Positions 18,149 to 27,632 of a DNA stretch of 64,000 bases are shown piece by piece. Location of the stretch: contig CBDCDC010000002.1 in NCBI GenBank assembly GCA_965215195.1, positions 960,001 to 1,024,000 on the forward strand. The letters run 5' to 3'. The position numbers were made by a program, and so were the translations under genes. The notes beneath the pieces are model-generated. The model was not told where the DNA came from. It saw nothing but the letters and a program-made list of their open reading frames with translations, and did not search any database. Numbering within the stretch: the stretch's first letter is position 1; the number at the start of each line of letters is the position of its first letter. The DNA comes from Candidatus Latescibacterota bacterium (GTDB lineage Bacteria > Latescibacterota > UBA2968 > UBA8231).

Positions 18149-19372
18149 ATGAAAATCGCCCACATCGAGCAAATCCCCATCGCCATGCCCCTAGCCAAGC
18201 GCTACGACAACCACGCCGGCCGCATGCGCATGTACGACATGGATCAACATCTCGTGGTTAAAGTACACGGCGACAATGGGTTAGTCGGCTACGGCGACTA
18301 CGAGGATAACCCCACTCCCGTACCCCAAGCCGAGATTGACGCGCTCATCGGCACCAGCCCTTTCGACTATCTGCTCAACAATTTCCACATGGCCTTGGGC
18401 ATGGCGCTCTACGACCTGATGGGCAAGCACTTGGGCGTGCCCGCGTATAAACTGATGGGGCAAAAAGTGCGCGACGCCGTCCCCTGCGCCGCTTGGACCC
18501 GCCCCTGCCCCCCCGACGTTTTCGCCGCCGAGGTTCAGTGCGCCGTCAATCAAGGCTACCGCGTCTTCAAAATGCACTCAGACGCCCGCTACGACGTCAT
18601 CGAGCAGACCCGAGCGGCCGAAAAGGTCGCCCCGCCCGGCTTCAAATTGCACTGGGATCTCAACCACAACCGCACGCTGGGCACAATCCTGCCCATTGTC
18701 GCCGAACTGGAAAAATCGCCGCTCGTCGGATTTATCGAAGACCCGCTGGTGTGGAGCGATATCGACGGCTGGCGCACCCTGCGCGAGAAGACCAAAATCC
18801 CCCTCGTCATGCACGTTCCCCAATTGGGCGGCATCCAAGAAGTGATCCGCGGGGTCGCCGATATCTACATGATTGGCGGACGCATTGGCGACACCCTGAC
18901 CTCGGGTTTTGCCTACGGCAAGGCCAATGTCCAGTGCCTGATCCAGCAATGCGGCAATACCCTGATGAAGGCCCTCACCCTGCACCAAGCGGCCGTCCTG
19001 CCCACGGCCTCGGCCCATACCATCAACCTAGACGACCAGTTCGAGTCCGACATCGCTAAAAAAATCCCAGTCGTCGAGGGCTTTTCACCTGTGCCCGAAG
19101 GGCCGGGGCTGGGCGTGGAAGTACAAGAAGAAGCCCTAGCCCAAGCCGCCGCTCGCGCCCACCTGCCTAGGTACGACTATATCGGCGTACTGCACTTTGC
19201 CGGCGGCCACAAAGCCTACAGCTTGGGCAGCCCCGCTATCAACCGCCTGACCGGCACCGAAGAGGGCCGCCTTGAGGGCCTCAACTTTGAGTACTGGACC
19301 GACGACGGCTCGGCCGAATACGCCCGCGTCCTCAAGCGCTTGCAGGAGGAAGGGCCGTTTATCGAGGGCTAG
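18149..19372 (+). CDS. Enolase-superfamily (mandelate racemase-like) enzyme
   Basis: MALYDLMGK...PAYKLMG, FKMH, DLNH, IEDP, PGLG. Confidence 0.88.
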   Translation: MKIAHIEQIPIAMPLAKRYDNHAGRMRMYDMDQHLVVKVHGDNGLVGYGDYEDNPTPVPQAEIDALIGTSPFDYLLNNFHMALGMALYDLMGKHLGVPAYKLMGQKVRDAVPCAAWTRPCPPDVFAAEVQCAVNQGYRVFKMHSDARYDVIEQTRAAEKVAPPGFKLHWDLNHNRTLGTILPIVAELEKSPLVGFIEDPLVWSDIDGWRTLREKTKIPLVMHVPQLGGIQEVIRGVADIYMIGGRIGDTLTSGFAYGKANVQCLIQQCGNTLMKALTLHQAAVLPTASAHTINLDDQFESDIAKKIPVVEGFSPVPEGPGLGVEVQEEALAQAAARAHLPRYDYIGVLHFAGGHKAYSLGSPAINRLTGTEEGRLEGLNFEYWTDDGSAEYARVLKRLQEEGPFIEG

Positions 19373-19611
19373 GAATGCACAGCAAAAATGTTCCTGCTCT
19401 TCAGATTGCGGATAACTACACGGGTTATTAGGCGGGGACCTGACATGTCTGGCTATTAAGCGAATTTCGAGACTCGGGCGATCTGCCAGCCACACGACGA
19501 ATGGCAAGAGAACATTCGTCGCTTGACCGAAGAAACGAGGTGAGTGGATCTTGCAGTTCTGTCGAAGCAGTATGACTAACTTCATCCAAGCATCCTCAAC
19601 CGCCCCATCGT

Positions 19612-20271
19612 TCAATACCCGGCGACGCCGGTCTTTTCGCCAATCCAAGCGATCATGGCACGGAATGTTGGACACTGTTCCGCTACCTCTCGCAAGCCTG
19701 CATTTCTGAGAATGGCATCGCTATCCGTGTTTTCACGATAGGACCGCTTGAGGTGTCTCCGAAAGAGTTCCTCAACAATTTTCTTCGGAGGTTTGTCTTG
19801 ATTCTGCTCTTCTGGAGGTTGTTGCCAGCCGCTGGGCTTGATCTTGAGTCGGGACTGAAGTTGACTCGGCGCGGCAAGGAGCAGCATTTCCAAGTCGTGT
19901 TTCAACGCACTGGCATAAAAACGCGCCATGTAGCTGTCAACATCAGTCCGTCTGCCCATCTGCTGCAAGTGCTGTTTCACCAAGCGCGTTTGAACGCCTT
20001 GAAGCTCTTGCAGATTGTCGTGCCTGTACTCCGTATTCGCATAGTCTCGATTTGGATAGAGATCGGGTAATCCAACGACGAGGTCGCGTGCATCGTTTGC
20101 CAGTTTCTCGGTCGCTCGTGAGCCAATTTTTTTAAAGTAGTTGGACTTGTTGTCAAGAGATATTAGTTGAATGCCCCAGCCCTTCTTTCCAAGCTGCTGC
20201 TGCCAGCCGCTCCACAATGCCGACAGTGCCTGAACGTCCGATCTCCCTTCCACAAAAATCCACACCTTCAT
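19612..20271 (-). CDS. DUF4276 family protein (TOPRIM-like putative nuclease)
   Basis: Start revised to MKVWIFVEGRSD (ATGA overlap with the ATPase stop); LPDLYP, HDLEMLLLA, PEEQN, CPTFR motifs. Confidence 0.8.
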   Translation of the reverse strand: MKVWIFVEGRSDVQALSALWSGWQQQLGKKGWGIQLISLDNKSNYFKKIGSRATEKLANDARDLVVGLPDLYPNRDYANTEYRHDNLQELQGVQTRLVKQHLQQMGRRTDVDSYMARFYASALKHDLEMLLLAAPSQLQSRLKIKPSGWQQPPEEQNQDKPPKKIVEELFRRHLKRSYRENTDSDAILRNAGLREVAEQCPTFRAMIAWIGEKTGVAGY

Positions 20272-21557
20272 GCGCCGGCCTCCAGTTCGCCGGAGCGGTG
20301 CAGGTCGCCCAAGGTCCCGTTTGCAACATCTTTGAGCATTTGCACAAGCGTCTTGCGGTTCACCGGACGGTGCCACGCGACCTTTGCGTCGTCTGCATTC
20401 CGCGCCATCACGGCAACATCGGCTATATCGAAGCAGTTGAGCAGGTCCGGGCTGTGCGTCGTCACCAGCACTTGGGTGCGCTCCGCCGCTGTCTTGATCA
20501 TCTCGGCCACAATCGGCAACAGCCCGGGATGCAGGCCCAATTCTGGTTCGTCGATTGCCACTAGAGGCGGCAGAAGTGGATTTAGCAGCGCCGTCGCCAA
20601 GCACAAGAAGCGCAACATGCCGTCCGACAGCTCCCACATCTCCATAGAGCGAGACATGCCTTGCTCGCGCACCCGGACGAGCACTTGCGGTGGCGTTCCA
20701 TAGGTGGTATCGCAGTGAATTTCCTCGAAGGTGGGATACGCCACGCGCAGAAAGTCGCGCAACTCCTCTGCTGCTGACCGGAAATCATAGCGGGTCAGGA
20801 TTTCGTGCAGCACAGTCCCCAAGTTGTCGCCGTTGGATGATAATGTCGTATCCGGCCTGATATCGGCGGCCTTGGTGCGGAGCGTGGAAGACCGCGTCAC
20901 ATCGAAACCCGGATAGCACATTATATTCGCCAATAGAACGCGTACCCAAGAAGGAACGGGAAACTCATTGAAGAAGCGGATTTGCGAAAGCAGCAACGCG
21001 ACCTCTTGTTGTGCGCCTACCCGTCCGCTTCCCGCAGGGGCTGCGGCTGAATCGGCATCGCGGACGACAGCGGGCGAAGGTTGCGCCTCATCAAACGGTA
21101 TTAAGTGACCCTGTTCTACATCGAAGATGTGTCGCTGATACGAGGTTGCCTCCAGAAATTTGAGAGGTTCCATGTATCCCGGTGCTGGCTCTTGATTTCT
21201 GAGAACCTCGTATTGCGGGTGCATCCGGCCCTGTGCATCGGCTTGCAAAACGACCTCGTACACAAGGGCCTTTCCCGCCGCCAATGGAAAATCATCCCAT
21301 GTAGGAGGCTTGCGAAAGGTGACGCTCCAAGCCAACTGCCCATTCCCGTTCCCTGCCGTCAGCAGGGACGCTGGCCCATGATGCCAACCCATCGCAGTAT
21401 TTAGCGGAAACTCGCAACACTCGGCAATCAGTTGCAGACAATCGATCAGCGTACTCTTGCCGACGGCATTGGCACCGATCACCATGGTCAGCGGCTTGAA
21501 GTCGGCCTCAAACCCGTCGAGAAGGCGGTAGCCTCGGATCTCAATTTGCGTAATCAT
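20268..21557 (-). CDS. ABC-type ATPase (AAA_15/AAA_21-like)
   Basis: Walker A GANAVGKS, signature LSDGMLR, Walker B VAIDEPE, H-loop TTHSP. Confidence 0.92.
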   Translation of the reverse strand: MITQIEIRGYRLLDGFEADFKPLTMVIGANAVGKSTLIDCLQLIAECCEFPLNTAMGWHHGPASLLTAGNGNGQLAWSVTFRKPPTWDDFPLAAGKALVYEVVLQADAQGRMHPQYEVLRNQEPAPGYMEPLKFLEATSYQRHIFDVEQGHLIPFDEAQPSPAVVRDADSAAAPAGSGRVGAQQEVALLLSQIRFFNEFPVPSWVRVLLANIMCYPGFDVTRSSTLRTKAADIRPDTTLSSNGDNLGTVLHEILTRYDFRSAAEELRDFLRVAYPTFEEIHCDTTYGTPPQVLVRVREQGMSRSMEMWELSDGMLRFLCLATALLNPLLPPLVAIDEPELGLHPGLLPIVAEMIKTAAERTQVLVTTHSPDLLNCFDIADVAVMARNADDAKVAWHRPVNRKTLVQMLKDVANGTLGDLHRSGELEAGA

Positions 21558-21730
21558 GCAACATTACCTTTCGCTCCAATTATCCACAGTATATCAATTA
21601 ATTGTCCGAATCATATTAAAAAAATTGACATAGACGCTATGCGCTGAAACGCAGTAGAATCGCCTGACTTTCCCGATATTCGCGTTTAACTCAACAGCTT
21701 TTTACTCGGCGCAGTGTCATGGCGAGATCG

Positions 21731-23197
21731 CTACCCCCCATACCAGTCCCGCAACGCCGGATAAAGCACCCGATAGCGCTCAAAAGCCCGCTGGTAGAAT
21801 GCGACCCGCGCCCGGTCGCAGCGCACCGTCTCGGCCAACTTGACCGTGCGCTGACAGGCGGTGGCAAAATCCGCATAGAGTCCGCTGCCGACGCCCGCCA
21901 ACAAGGCCGCCCCCACGGCCGACAGATCGTCGGTGGCGATCCGCACCACGTCGCGCCCCAAAATATCGGCCTGGATCTGCCGCCACACCGCCGAATGCGA
22001 GCCGCCCTCGCCGATCCGCAACTCGTCGATGGGCAAGCCGATTTCGGCAAAGCAGTCGAGCGAATGCCGCAAGTCAAAGACGACTCCCTCCAGCACGGCC
22101 CGCACCAGATGCCCCTTTGTGTGCCCCAACGACAGCCCGACAAAGCCGCCGCGGGCGCGGGCGTCGGGACGCGGCGTGGCCCTTCCTTCGAGCCAAGGCA
22201 TAAAAAACACCCCCTCGGCACCAGGGGAAACTGCGGCCGCCGCCTCAGTTAGCTCTTCGTAGCTGCCCCCGAATTCCTCCTTGAACCACTTGAGCGAGGC
22301 CCCCCCGGTAAACGAGCAGCCCAACCAAGCGTATTTGCCGGGGATGGGGTGGCACATCGGCCAGAGCTTGTCAAAGGCCCGTGGATCCAGCGCCTCGGCA
22401 AAAGCCGTGGCGTGCGCGGCCGTGCCAATGCCCAAGCCGATAACGCCCGGCTCAATCACCCCGGCCCCGAGGATCATGCAGGGCATGTCCCCGCCGCCAG
22501 CGACAACGGGCGTACCCGCCACCAGTCCGGTCTGCTCGGCCGCGGCTTGAGTTATGGCCCCGACCACGGCCGGCGAATCGGCCAAACGCGGGAACAACTC
22601 AATATCGACTTCCAAGGCCTGCAAAATTTCCCCGCACCACTGGCGCTCGTGCAGATCAAACGCCGCCGTTGTCGAGGCATCCGACACCTCGGCCGCTATC
22701 TGTCCGGTGAGCCGGTAGCGCAGCCAATCCTTGGGCAGCAGCATCCAGCGACTTTGCTGGTAAACATCTGTCGCATGCTCTTTTACCCATAACACCTTTG
22801 CTAGGGTATTAACCGGCCCCAACCGCATCAGCGTCCGTTCGCGCAGCAAGTCGCCCGCCCGCTGCTCGGCCCAATCGCACTCTGCTTGCGAGCGGTGGTC
22901 GAGCCAGATCGGCACCCGCTGTAGGGGCCGCCCGGCGCTGTCGGCAAATACCGCGCCGTTGATTTGCCCGGACAGGCCGACGCAGGCAACCTGTTGTGGG
23001 TCAATGCCATCAAGCACCTGACGCACAGACGCGCACAGCCCGCGCCACCAATCCTCCGGGTCCTGCTCAACCCACTTAGGATGCGGCTTATAGAGCGGAT
23101 ACTCGGCCTGCCCCCTAGCGATGAGATCGCCGGCCTCGTCGAGGACGACGGCCTTGGTGCTTCCCGTGCCCAAGTCAATGCCCAGTACACAGCGCAT
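21731..23197 (-). CDS. FGGY carbohydrate kinase (xylulokinase-like)
   Basis: LGIDLGTGSTK, EQDPEDWW, GLSGQ, WLDHR, RAVLEGV. Confidence 0.9.
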   Translation of the reverse strand: MRCVLGIDLGTGSTKAVVLDEAGDLIARGQAEYPLYKPHPKWVEQDPEDWWRGLCASVRQVLDGIDPQQVACVGLSGQINGAVFADSAGRPLQRVPIWLDHRSQAECDWAEQRAGDLLRERTLMRLGPVNTLAKVLWVKEHATDVYQQSRWMLLPKDWLRYRLTGQIAAEVSDASTTAAFDLHERQWCGEILQALEVDIELFPRLADSPAVVGAITQAAAEQTGLVAGTPVVAGGGDMPCMILGAGVIEPGVIGLGIGTAAHATAFAEALDPRAFDKLWPMCHPIPGKYAWLGCSFTGGASLKWFKEEFGGSYEELTEAAAAVSPGAEGVFFMPWLEGRATPRPDARARGGFVGLSLGHTKGHLVRAVLEGVVFDLRHSLDCFAEIGLPIDELRIGEGGSHSAVWRQIQADILGRDVVRIATDDLSAVGAALLAGVGSGLYADFATACQRTVKLAETVRCDRARVAFYQRAFERYRVLYPALRDWYGG

Positions 23198-23206
23198 CGG
23201 ACCCTC

Positions 23207-24457
23207 CTATCCGAACCTATCCACGTTGCACAAACTCAGATCAAAACCCGGCTCCGCCCCCTGCACCACGCGCGCGGTCACCGCTCCGGTCACCGCCCCC
23301 AGCGAGACCCCCACCATGGCGTGCCCGGCCGCCACCGTGAGATTGTCGTAGGCCCGCACTCGCCCCAAAAAGGGCAAGCCATCCGGCGTACAGGGCCGCA
23401 GGCCCCGCCACACCTCGATTAGCTCCAACGCATCCGGCGTCCACGCCGGTACGTAGCGCGGCACCGCATGGACAATCGCGGCGACCCGCCGGCGGTTGAT
23501 CGACGCATCCATACCCGCCAGTTCGAGCGTACCGGCAAAGCGCAACTTGTCCCCCATCGGGGTGATGCCGACGCGGGCCTCCACCAACATCAGCGGGACC
23601 TCTGGGCACGGACTGGGCTTGTGGTAGGTAATGCTGTAGCCCTTGGCCGGCTGCACTGGCAGGGACAGGCCCAACCCTCGGCCCACGCCCGGCGACCACG
23701 CCCCACTGCACAGCACGACTTCGGCCGCGGCAAAATCCCCGCGCGTCGTCTCGACCACTTGGATGCGACGCCCTTTTTTGCCAAACCCCAACACCTCGGT
23801 TTTCTCGTTTAACTGAACCCCGCGCTCGACGCAGCGCACGGCCAAGGCGCGCACGAGACGCGCCGGGTCCAAGTGGGCGTCCTGCGCGTAAAACGCCCCG
23901 CCCACGCAGTCCAATTCCACGGCCGCGGCGCGCTGCTGCGCCTGTTGGGCATCGACCATCTCCACCGCTAGCCCCACCTCCTGCATGAGCTCGGCCTCTT
24001 CGCGGACATGCTTCAAGCCTTGTTCGGTCTTGCACAGCAAGAGCCGCCCCTCGTGCCCAAAGGCAAAGTCCAATTCAGCGGCCAAGCCCTGATAAAGCCG
24101 AAAACTCTCCAAGTGCATGTCGCGCAACAGGGGCATGGCCTGCCGCACCCGGCGCATGGTGCTGGCCTTGCGGAATTGCCACAGCCAAGCCACAAGGTCG
24201 CGATCCCAGCGCCATTTAATGTAGAAAGGGCTGTCCGGGTCCAACATCCACCGCAAACCTTGGGCAATGACCCCTGGCTCGGCCAGCGGTACGCTGTGGC
24301 TGGGCACAATAAGCCCGGCGTTGCCATAGGAACTCCCCGCGCAGACCTCGTCCTTTTCGACTACAGTGACCTCGCGGCCCTGCTGCAAGAGAAAGTGCGC
24401 CGTGCAGATACCAACGACTCCGCCGCCAATGACCAGCACATCTACCTGTTGCGTCAT
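23207..24457 (-). CDS. FAD-dependent D-amino acid dehydrogenase-like oxidoreductase
   Basis: VIGGGVVG, GSSYGNAG, PAKGYS, WRGLRPCTPDGLP. Confidence 0.9.
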   Translation of the reverse strand: MTQQVDVLVIGGGVVGICTAHFLLQQGREVTVVEKDEVCAGSSYGNAGLIVPSHSVPLAEPGVIAQGLRWMLDPDSPFYIKWRWDRDLVAWLWQFRKASTMRRVRQAMPLLRDMHLESFRLYQGLAAELDFAFGHEGRLLLCKTEQGLKHVREEAELMQEVGLAVEMVDAQQAQQRAAAVELDCVGGAFYAQDAHLDPARLVRALAVRCVERGVQLNEKTEVLGFGKKGRRIQVVETTRGDFAAAEVVLCSGAWSPGVGRGLGLSLPVQPAKGYSITYHKPSPCPEVPLMLVEARVGITPMGDKLRFAGTLELAGMDASINRRRVAAIVHAVPRYVPAWTPDALELIEVWRGLRPCTPDGLPFLGRVRAYDNLTVAAGHAMVGVSLGAVTGAVTARVVQGAEPGFDLSLCNVDRFG

Positions 24458-24522
24458 AGCTAAGCCTCGCGTTTGTCCGGCACCTTGACGCCGGTCGGGT
24501 TTCGCTCTACGTATTCAGGGAC

Positions 24523-24551
24523 ATTATACGCCTAGAAGCCACCAGCAGAAA
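24523..24551 (-). promoter_or_regulatory. Candidate sigma70 promoter for the oxidoreductase-kinase operon
   Basis: Minus strand TTTCTG-N17-TATAAT, about 65 nt upstream of ATG 24457. Confidence 0.4.
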
Positions 24552-24561
24552 GGAACGACCC

Positions 24562-25608
24562 ATGCTAGATCGCGCCGTGCGCGTCGGAATGATCGGCTGC
24601 GGCACCCAAGCCAACGTCCACTTTGCCGGCCTCAAGGCCCTCGGCGCGGACCAAGCAACGGTTGCGGCCGTCTGCGACCTCGACGACGAGCGCCTCGACG
24701 ACGCCTGCCAGCGCTGGCCCGCAGCCCGCGCGGACCACGACTACCGGGCCATGCTCGCGCCCGGCGACCTCGACTTGGTCATCGTCGCCACCATGCCCAA
24801 CACGCACGAAGCCATGTCGTTAGCCAGCCTCGACGCCGGGGCCTGCGTACTGTGCGAAAAGCCCTTTGTGATGAATGTCGCGCAGGCCGCAGCCGTCCTC
24901 GCCAAGGCCGCGGCGACCGGGCTACAAGTCCAGCTCGGCACCAACATGCGCTATATGCCGAGTTCTCGGTACTTGCGCGATCTAGTCCAAGGCGGCACCA
25001 TGGGCGAGCCAGTGTTCGCCAAGGCGTGGGGCTGCCACCACGACCCGCCGGTCTGGGGACCGCACTACCATCTCGCAACCTCCGGCGGCGGGGTCCTCGC
25101 CTCAACCTTGGTCCACACCCTCGACTTGGCAATGTGGGTCGGCGGCTCGCCCAATCCGCTCACCGTCAGCGCGGCCACCCGACGCCTCTTCCCCGGCAAG
25201 CGCGGGCCCAAGATCGACGCGGCCATCCACGCGCACTACGACGCCGAAGACCTCATCAGCGCCTTGGTGCGCTTTGACAACGGCGCATTTTACTCCTTAG
25301 AGGGCAACTGGTGCAGCGAGGGGACCGACTTCCACAGCTTTGAACTGACCACCACCCGAGGCACCATCACCGGCGCACCCTTTGCGGTCAACGTCGATGT
25401 CGAGGGCGAGATCGTCGATCAGACGCCCCAACTCGACGGCGACGACGACTGGTTCCAAAGCGTCCACACCCAAGACGCCGCCCTCATCGCCCAGCTCCGC
25501 GCCGGCCAGCCGTGGGACATGCAGGACGCCCGCCAGCTCCTCAATTTGCAAAAGGTCGTCGATGCCTGTTATGAGTCGGCGCGGACGGGCCGCGAGGTCG
25601 TTCTATAA
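24562..25608 (+). CDS. Gfo/Idh/MocA family oxidoreductase
   Basis: GMIGCG, VLCEKP, SGGGVL..HTLD. Confidence 0.9.
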   Translation: MLDRAVRVGMIGCGTQANVHFAGLKALGADQATVAAVCDLDDERLDDACQRWPAARADHDYRAMLAPGDLDLVIVATMPNTHEAMSLASLDAGACVLCEKPFVMNVAQAAAVLAKAAATGLQVQLGTNMRYMPSSRYLRDLVQGGTMGEPVFAKAWGCHHDPPVWGPHYHLATSGGGVLASTLVHTLDLAMWVGGSPNPLTVSAATRRLFPGKRGPKIDAAIHAHYDAEDLISALVRFDNGAFYSLEGNWCSEGTDFHSFELTTTRGTITGAPFAVNVDVEGEIVDQTPQLDGDDDWFQSVHTQDAALIAQLRAGQPWDMQDARQLLNLQKVVDACYESARTGREVVL

Positions 25609-25696
25609 CCTACGCGGCCACAAAAGGTTTTCTCGGCGACCCAACTTATCCCATCTGGCGACCGAAAAGTGCATTAACCTATCTAAAAGGAATCCC

Positions 25697-26545
25697 ATGC
25701 CCCAGCCCAACGCTTGGACGCCCGTCGAGGCCCGCAGCACAGCCGCGCTCCTGCACCACTTGCCCCGCCCGCTCACCGCCTTGGCCGCTGGCGACATCCC
25801 CGCCGTAGTCTTGCGGGGGGCCTATCCGCCCGATCATTGCCGCGGCTTGATGCGCCGCTTTGAGGAGCGCGGCTATTTCGACCCGGCCACCGTGGGCCAA
25901 GCTTCTCAGCTAAGCGGCGGTCCCTATCTCGACTTGGGCACCAGCCTCGGACGGCTCGGGGCCGACCCAGCGGCCTTCTTCGCCCACGCGGCCCGCACCC
26001 ACGAGCTGTTCGCAACGCTCTTCGAGGGGTTTGCAGACCCAGTGGGCGCGATGTACGCGGCCCTCTCCGATCTGGCCGAGGGCAAAGTAGTGCAAACCGC
26101 ACGCGAACCGGACGGGCGGCTCTACGGACCGGCCATCTTCCGCATGTATCACGCGGCCGAAGGCCACAAGCCCCACTACGATTCGGTCGCCAAGCGCTCC
26201 CGCCCCGGCCACGCCTACGCAGTGGCCGACTTTCAGCGCCAATTCGCCGGGGTGCTGTGCTTGCAGACCGGCGATGCAGCAAGCACCGACGAACCCTTTA
26301 TCTACCGCTGCTGGGGCACCCAGCCCCACGTCGAGGACGTGCTGCGTCAAGACCGCTTCCCCGAGTACGCAGCCGCGCACCACATCCCCCGCGTCCAAGT
26401 CCGGTTGACCCCGGGCGATCTCTACTTCTTCTGCACCGAAAACATCCACGAAGTAGAGCGCCTAACGCGCCAGCACCGCCGCGTCGTGTTGGCCTTCTTC
26501 TTCGCCATGTCGGCGGACAAACCAGAGATCTTCGCCTGGTCCTAA
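25697..26545 (+). CDS. Putative 2OG-Fe(II) oxygenase
   Basis: Start MPQPNAW (AAGGA upstream); HYD...PGDLYFF...HEV...RVVL facial-triad pattern. Confidence 0.7.
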   Translation: MPQPNAWTPVEARSTAALLHHLPRPLTALAAGDIPAVVLRGAYPPDHCRGLMRRFEERGYFDPATVGQASQLSGGPYLDLGTSLGRLGADPAAFFAHAARTHELFATLFEGFADPVGAMYAALSDLAEGKVVQTAREPDGRLYGPAIFRMYHAAEGHKPHYDSVAKRSRPGHAYAVADFQRQFAGVLCLQTGDAASTDEPFIYRCWGTQPHVEDVLRQDRFPEYAAAHHIPRVQVRLTPGDLYFFCTENIHEVERLTRQHRRVVLAFFFAMSADKPEIFAWS

Positions 26546-27600
26546 GGCCGCATAGCCTCGCCGCGCAGCAGCATGGCGCGGATGTCGTAGCGCCCCGGCC
26601 GCTCTACCGGCAAATCCCCGGCCTCGAGCATCACCTCCAGCGGCGAAGCCAGCGTCCGCAAAGGCAGCGCGGTCACCTCGTGGAGCCGCGCCGACTCGTC
26701 CGTGGCCATGATGATCTCCACGGCCGCCCGGCCGTTTTCCGCTTGGCCGCGATGCTCAGCCCGGCCTTCGATCCACTCCACGATCTCGCGCTGCTGCCCA
26801 ACGCTGGGGTCCGCGCCCTCGCCCGCCCGCTCCTCCCAAGTGCCGGTCTTGCTGTTGAGCAGCCGCACCTTGCGCTCGTCGAGTTCGATGATGCCCTCCG
26901 AGCCGTAGAAAACCCCACCTTGGTAGTTAGGACCGGCCAACTCCTGCAAAAGCTGGCCAATGGCCCCATTGTCGAATTGCACCACGCACAGACTGCGGTC
27001 CTCAATGGGGATGTCGCGCTCAAAGCGCTCGGTCTTGCGCTCGATATTGCCCATCACCCACACGGCCTGTGGATCGCCCATCACGTAGCGCATCATGTCC
27101 AACAGGTGCGAGCAATCGTTGAGCAAGCCCTGTCCGCCGCGCGCATTGACCTGCCGCACCGCGCCGATGGCCCCTGCTGCCACCAGTTCCTTGGCCAAGG
27201 TCCACGCCGGATTGAAGCGGCGTTGGTGGGCAATGGCCAGCTTGACGCGGTTGCGCTGGGCGGCGATGAGCATGGCATCGCAATCGCCCAAGCTCGTCGC
27301 CATGGGCTTTTCGCACAGCACGGCCTTGGGCTTGTGCGCACAGGCGGCAATCGTCATTGGCGCGTGCAACTTGTGCCAAGTGCAAATCGAGACGATGTCG
27401 AGTGCCTCTTCGTCGAGCATCTGGCGGAAGTCCGCGTAGCGTTTGGCGATTCCATGCCGCTCGCCGAATTCCTCCCTCGCCGCAGCCACCGGATCGGCCA
27501 GCGCCACCACCTCAACTTGATCCACTCCGTTCCAGCCTTGTAGGTGGTAGTTGGCGATGCTGCCACAGCCGATAATGCCCACTCGGTATTTTTCTGCCAT
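26542..27600 (-). CDS. Gfo/Idh/MocA family oxidoreductase
   Basis: GIIGCGSIA, LCEKPMA, HQRRF. Confidence 0.92.
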   Translation of the reverse strand: MAEKYRVGIIGCGSIANYHLQGWNGVDQVEVVALADPVAAAREEFGERHGIAKRYADFRQMLDEEALDIVSICTWHKLHAPMTIAACAHKPKAVLCEKPMATSLGDCDAMLIAAQRNRVKLAIAHQRRFNPAWTLAKELVAAGAIGAVRQVNARGGQGLLNDCSHLLDMMRYVMGDPQAVWVMGNIERKTERFERDIPIEDRSLCVVQFDNGAIGQLLQELAGPNYQGGVFYGSEGIIELDERKVRLLNSKTGTWEERAGEGADPSVGQQREIVEWIEGRAEHRGQAENGRAAVEIIMATDESARLHEVTALPLRTLASPLEVMLEAGDLPVERPGRYDIRAMLLRGEAMRP

Positions 27601-27632
27601 GTCGTCTTCCTTTGTTGGTGGTTAGCACCACG

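Noticed and set aside
19380-19610. Lower-GC spacer after DUF4276 as a third system gene
   Set aside because: Only short frames with no motif or convincing start.
21580-21588. Perfect DnaA box TTATCCACA in an AT-rich gap
   Set aside because: Single copy, no cluster or dnaA nearby; another occurs inside a CDS (~35292), so it is consistent with chance.
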